Shown here piece by piece: positions 60,329 to 64,000 of a DNA stretch of 64,000 nucleotides. The position numbers were made by a program, and so were the translations under genes. The DNA is from Alphaproteobacteria bacterium (lineage in GTDB: Bacteria > Pseudomonadota > Alphaproteobacteria > RF32 > CAG-239), in assembly GCA_017501665.1 (NCBI GenBank), contig JAFVWM010000038.1, forward strand, positions 69,252-133,251. Direction: 5' to 3'. The notes beneath the pieces were generated by a model. That model had not been told where the DNA came from. It was given only the letters and a program-made list of their open reading frames with translations, and did no database searches. How positions within the stretch are numbered: position 1 is the first letter of the stretch; every line of letters starts with the position of its first letter.

Positions 60329-61147
60329 ATGTTCAAACTAATTGATTTTGATGATAAAATTTTCACTTCTCAACAATTTAAGAAAGACGAAATTTCGTTT
60401 AATATAATTCTTACTTTGATACAAAAACGGGAATATTATCCTCAAATCAAGTGTTATTCTGACCAAAAAGATGTCATAATTTTAAATACAGATGCTAATC
60501 ATCCAGTCGTTGTTTGGACAAGTGAAAATTTTAATGATTTTGAATTAATTTATAATTTTGTAAGTAAAGTTTTTTCTAAAAACGAACCTTTAAGCCTTAT
60601 TGCTAAACAATCTTGTTATCAATTTTTTCAGAAAAGAAACTGGGTTTCAGATGATGAAAATACAAAAATTCTTGGTGTTTATAAATTAGATAAACTGATA
60701 GATATTGAAAAACAAGGATATCTTGATTGTGTAAAATCAACAGATGTTGAAATAGTTGCCAATATGATAAAAGCTTTTGAGGAAGAAGCACTACCTGAAG
60801 AAAAACATCCTTTTTCTTATTATTTAGAGCAAGCAAATAAATATACCACACTTGCTTATACTCACAAAGTATGGAAAAATGAAAATGGAAATATTGTTAG
60901 TATTGGACATATAAATAACTCTGAAAACACAGGAAGAATAAGCCAAATATATACTGTTCCAACAGAAAGAGGTAAATCTTATGCCAAAATGTTGGTTGTA
61001 GAATTAGCAGAAATTACGTTAAAAAATAATTTAATGCCAGTTTTATATACTAATTTTCAATATGAACCATCAAATAAATGTTATCAAGCAGTTGGATTTG
61101 AATTATTGAATACAATATATACTTACTCAGTAAAAAAGATTGCATAA
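60329..61147 (+). CDS. Hypothetical protein with a probable C-terminal GNAT-like fold.
   Basis: C-terminal 'ISQIYTVPTERGKSYAKMLVVELAE' resembles acetyltransferase motif A. Confidence 0.4.
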   Translation: MFKLIDFDDKIFTSQQFKKDEISFNIILTLIQKREYYPQIKCYSDQKDVIILNTDANHPVVVWTSENFNDFELIYNFVSKVFSKNEPLSLIAKQSCYQFFQKRNWVSDDENTKILGVYKLDKLIDIEKQGYLDCVKSTDVEIVANMIKAFEEEALPEEKHPFSYYLEQANKYTTLAYTHKVWKNENGNIVSIGHINNSENTGRISQIYTVPTERGKSYAKMLVVELAEITLKNNLMPVLYTNFQYEPSNKCYQAVGFELLNTIYTYSVKKIA

Positions 61148-61449
61148 ACATTTTTTAATTAAATATTTTTTATTTAACCTTTGCAAAAATTTGCATAGGT
61201 TCCTTTTTTGCTCAAAAAAGGCTAAAATTAGCTAAGTTATTGAAAAATATAGAACAGAGTTCGAAGATGTTGTAAAACAAGCTATCAAAACATATTCATC
61301 TTCGAACCAGTTTAAGTGCTTGGAAATACAAGTTATTTTGTTAATAGATGTCTTGCTATGAGTAAATAGGTATAGATAGAGTTTATTATTGCATTAAGAT
61401 ATATTTTGTGGTATATGTTTATAAGTGTAATTTATAATCAGTATTAAAA

Positions 61450-61947
61450 ATGTTAAGGTTTCAAAATTTAGTTATTAGAAAAGCGCAAATAACAGATGTT
61501 CCTCAATTGGTTTCTTGGTGGAATGATGGAAAAGTTATGGCGCATGCTGGCTTTCCAAACGGATTAGGTACAACTTCGGAAAAAGTAATATCTCTTCTAC
61601 AAAAAGATACAGAGGATAGATGTCATTTTATAATTGAAATAGATAATGCTTCTGTAGGAGAAATGCATTATAAAAAAATAAAAGACTTTTATGTGGAAAT
61701 TGGTATTAAGATTTGTGAACAAGATTTTCAAAATAAAGGATTTGGAAAAAAGATTTTATCTCTTTTTATTCAAGAGTTATTTCATAATAAATGTTATAAA
61801 ATAATTCAGATTAATGTCTCAAATGCAAACAATATTGCAAAACATGTGTATACACAGTTAGGGTTTAAAGAAAAATTTAAAGCCGCAGATTTATCTTATG
61901 TACAATATGAACTTGCTTTAGCTGATTTTGTTAGTTATTTAAGGTAA
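61450..61947 (+). CDS. GNAT-family N-acetyltransferase (aminoglycoside / ribosomal-protein acetyltransferase-like).
   Basis: 'FQNKGFGKKILSLFIQELF' is motif A. Confidence 0.7.
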   Translation: MLRFQNLVIRKAQITDVPQLVSWWNDGKVMAHAGFPNGLGTTSEKVISLLQKDTEDRCHFIIEIDNASVGEMHYKKIKDFYVEIGIKICEQDFQNKGFGKKILSLFIQELFHNKCYKIIQINVSNANNIAKHVYTQLGFKEKFKAADLSYVQYELALADFVSYLR

Positions 61948-62015
61948 ATGTTTTATACAAGTAAAACTTATGTTAATTTTAGCAGAAAATACTTTTTAAA
62001 TATGGCTTTTTAACT

Positions 62016-62051
62016 CTGACTGAAGACGACTTGCAATCTGCGAGTAAATTG
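62016..62051 (+). repeat. Repeat B copy, the right boundary of the second small island unit.
   Basis: 'ctgactgaagacgacttgcaatctgcgagtaaattg' matches 60216-60251 at 33 of 36 positions. Confidence 0.8.
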
Positions 62052-62132
62052 GTGATATTTAAATAAAGTTATTGAAAAACAGAATACAAACAATAGTATT
62101 AAATAAAACAAGATATACGAAAAGGGAATAGC

Positions 62133-62693
62133 ATGAAAGTACTTTACATTAATTCTTGTATAAGAGAAAACTCTCGAACAAAAACATTAGCTGATTATTT
62201 AGTTAATAAAATCGGTGGTAATGTTAAAGAAATAGTGTTGAGTAAAGAAAAAATATCACCGGTTGATAGTGCTTTTTTGCAAAAAAGAGATAAGCTAATA
62301 TCTGAAGGCAATTTTAATGATGAAATGTTTTCATATGCTAAAGATTTTGCAGAAGCTGATGTTATTGTTGTTGCTGCGCCTTACTGGGATTTGTCTTTTC
62401 CATCAATATTAAAAGTATTTTTTGAACATATTAACGTATTAAAATTGGTTTTTGATTATTCTGATAAGGGCGAAATAGTTTCCTTGTGCAAAGCAAAAAA
62501 ACTTTATTATATAACGACCAAAGGCGGATATGGTCCTGATGATTTTGGTTTTAGGTATATTGAAGCTTTAAGTAAAACATTTTATGGTATAAGAGATGTT
62601 GTTTTAATTAATGCTGAAGGTCTGGATATATATGGTAATAATGTTGAAGATATTTTAGCTAAAGCAAAAGAAGATATAGATAAAGTAGTATAA
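62133..62693 (+). CDS. Flavodoxin-like fold NAD(P)H-dependent oxidoreductase (FMN reductase / azoreductase-like).
   Basis: 'MKVLYINSCIRENSRTKTLADYL...ADVIVVAAPYWDLSFPSILKVFFEHI' is typical of the Flavodoxin_2 family. Confidence 0.65.
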   Translation: MKVLYINSCIRENSRTKTLADYLVNKIGGNVKEIVLSKEKISPVDSAFLQKRDKLISEGNFNDEMFSYAKDFAEADVIVVAAPYWDLSFPSILKVFFEHINVLKLVFDYSDKGEIVSLCKAKKLYYITTKGGYGPDDFGFRYIEALSKTFYGIRDVVLINAEGLDIYGNNVEDILAKAKEDIDKVV

Positions 62694-62697
62694 ATCA

Positions 62698-62949
62698 CTA
62701 TTTTATAAAGTCATAAATAGCTTTATACAGATCATCTTGATTTTGTTTTTTTACAAAATTGTGTGTACTTTGCGAAATTTTTGCAATTTTTGCTTTCATC
62801 AAGTCGGCAACCTTATGAACATCTTTTTCTTCAATTACCCTATCTTTTTCTGCAGTTGCTTCTAATTCTTGACGCTGTTTCGCAATTTGCTCTTGTTTTG
62901 CTTCATATGTTGCTTGAGGAAGTTTTCCTTCTAAATAAAAATCAAGCAA
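62698..62949 (-). pseudogene. Possible C-terminal fragment of a (serine) recombinase-type gene.
   Basis: 83-aa coiled-coil-like 'DFYLEGKLPQATYEAKQEQIAKQRQELE...' with no upstream continuation. Weak resemblance only. Confidence 0.25.
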
Positions 62950-63308
62950 AGCATAGTCTTTTGTTTTTTATTCAATAGAGGCTTAAATTTGTCTGCTAAT
63001 TGACTTTGTATTTAATAATCATTGGGCTTGAATTGTCGTATTCCAAGCCCTTAATAAAAGAAACTTCGCTATTGTGAAGTATTATAATAATCAATATTCG
63101 GTGATTGAGATGTAGAAACCAACTGCTTCACTTCTTTGTTCTGATATAACGCAATGTCTGTTGGTTGAATATATAATCATCTGCTAATTTATATAAAATT
63201 AGTTATTGTTTTATCAAAAAGGTACTAAATATTAATACTTTACAAAAGTGGATATTTGTAGTAATATTATATATATATGATAAATAAAATTTAACGAAGG
63301 AAAAAGAT

Positions 63309-64000
63309 ATGACTAAAAATGTTAATGATGATCGTCTTGCCGAAATGGATAGGATTTTCAAAATTAATAATCCTGATTACCAAGATATTCATTTTACTTC
63401 CTTAAAAGAAGTTAATGGTTTCTATGTTGCTTCAGTTACTGATAAAAAAACTATAGAAGAAACATATCCTTATACTGATTCTCAAGAGGAGTGCGGAAGT
63501 GCTCTTTATTTCATATTACCTAAAGATAATAAGCAATCAAAAGGTGCTGTTATTAAAATGAATAGTCATCCTACGTTTGATTGGGATGCTGGAAAGCATG
63601 ATGGAATTTCTTTAGCACATACATCTATAAAATTGGACGTAGAAGGTAAGGAGGTAGAGAAGGTGTATGGAGATAGATTTCTAGATGTAGCAGATATGTT
63701 ATCAGTAAGACAATTTCTTAAAGAACATAAAAAAGGTAGAGGTATAATAAAATTTTTAGATAAATTTATTATTGATAAAGAAGACTTAAGACAAAAAAGA
63801 AGAGAAGAACTAAAGGATAAAGCTTCAGCTATAAAGAACGATTTTGAAGGAATGTTTGGGTTTGGTGTCGGTGCGATTAAAAATAAAATTGAACATCTAA
63901 AAAATAGGTGCCGAGATACATATGATAGAACAACAGAAAACGTAAAACAAGCAAGGGAAAATCAAAAAGTTAAAAAAACAATAAACTATTATACTAAACG
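63309..64000 (+). CDS. Hypothetical protein, 3' end outside the window.
   Basis: ATG preceded by 'aaggaaaaag'; open for 230 codons to the window end. Confidence 0.4.
   Translation, partial: MTKNVNDDRLAEMDRIFKINNPDYQDIHFTSLKEVNGFYVASVTDKKTIEETYPYTDSQEECGSALYFILPKDNKQSKGAVIKMNSHPTFDWDAGKHDGISLAHTSIKLDVEGKEVEKVYGDRFLDVADMLSVRQFLKEHKKGRGIIKFLDKFIIDKEDLRQKRREELKDKASAIKNDFEGMFGFGVGAIKNKIEHLKNRCRDTYDRTTENVKQARENQKVKKTINYYTK

Overview
The window is AT-rich (roughly one-third GC by eye) and comes from a Gram-negative bacterium with a compact, host-associated-looking genome. The core carries a translation and RNA-processing neighbourhood: rimP-nusA-ylxR/L7Ae-infB on the + strand, then pnp-rpsO-truB inverted on the - strand, then rbfA on +. 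It also carries ftsK, uvrB, pssA/psd, murJ, ampG, lptF/G, cysK, gmk/yicC, fabG, gloB and an Nfu-type Fe-S protein, plus a small flagellar cluster (fliL, fliM, a MotE/MgtE_N-like gene and a large TPR protein).

Several features point, as inference only, to an alphaproteobacterial intracellular symbiont of the Rickettsiales/Holosporales type. These are a YlxR-L7Ae fusion protein, GC-rich palindromic elements resembling Rickettsia palindromic elements (RPEs), Sel1 and ankyrin genes, and the rearranged infB cluster. Unexpectedly for such a genome, the window begins inside the 3' end of an [FeFe]-hydrogenase gene.

The accessory content falls into three parts:
- A 1320-aa cysteine-rich secreted protein with internal ~82-aa tandem repeats lies next to the hydrogenase.
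- A 1080-aa protein carries a type IV prepilin-like N-terminus and beta-helix-like repeats, with no pilus machinery in the window.
- A stack of decayed integrative islands sits at the 3' end of tRNA-Leu(UAA), about 48.05-62.05 kb, bounded by repeated att-like sequences. It carries a type II R-M pair, an uncharacterised 2-TM protein, a winged-helix protein whose upstream region holds six regularly phased 16-bp palindromic iterons, a GIY-YIG/SGNH/HD trio, hipBA, GNAT genes, repeat-rich secreted proteins and a recombinase remnant.

No CRISPR array and no rRNA genes were found.
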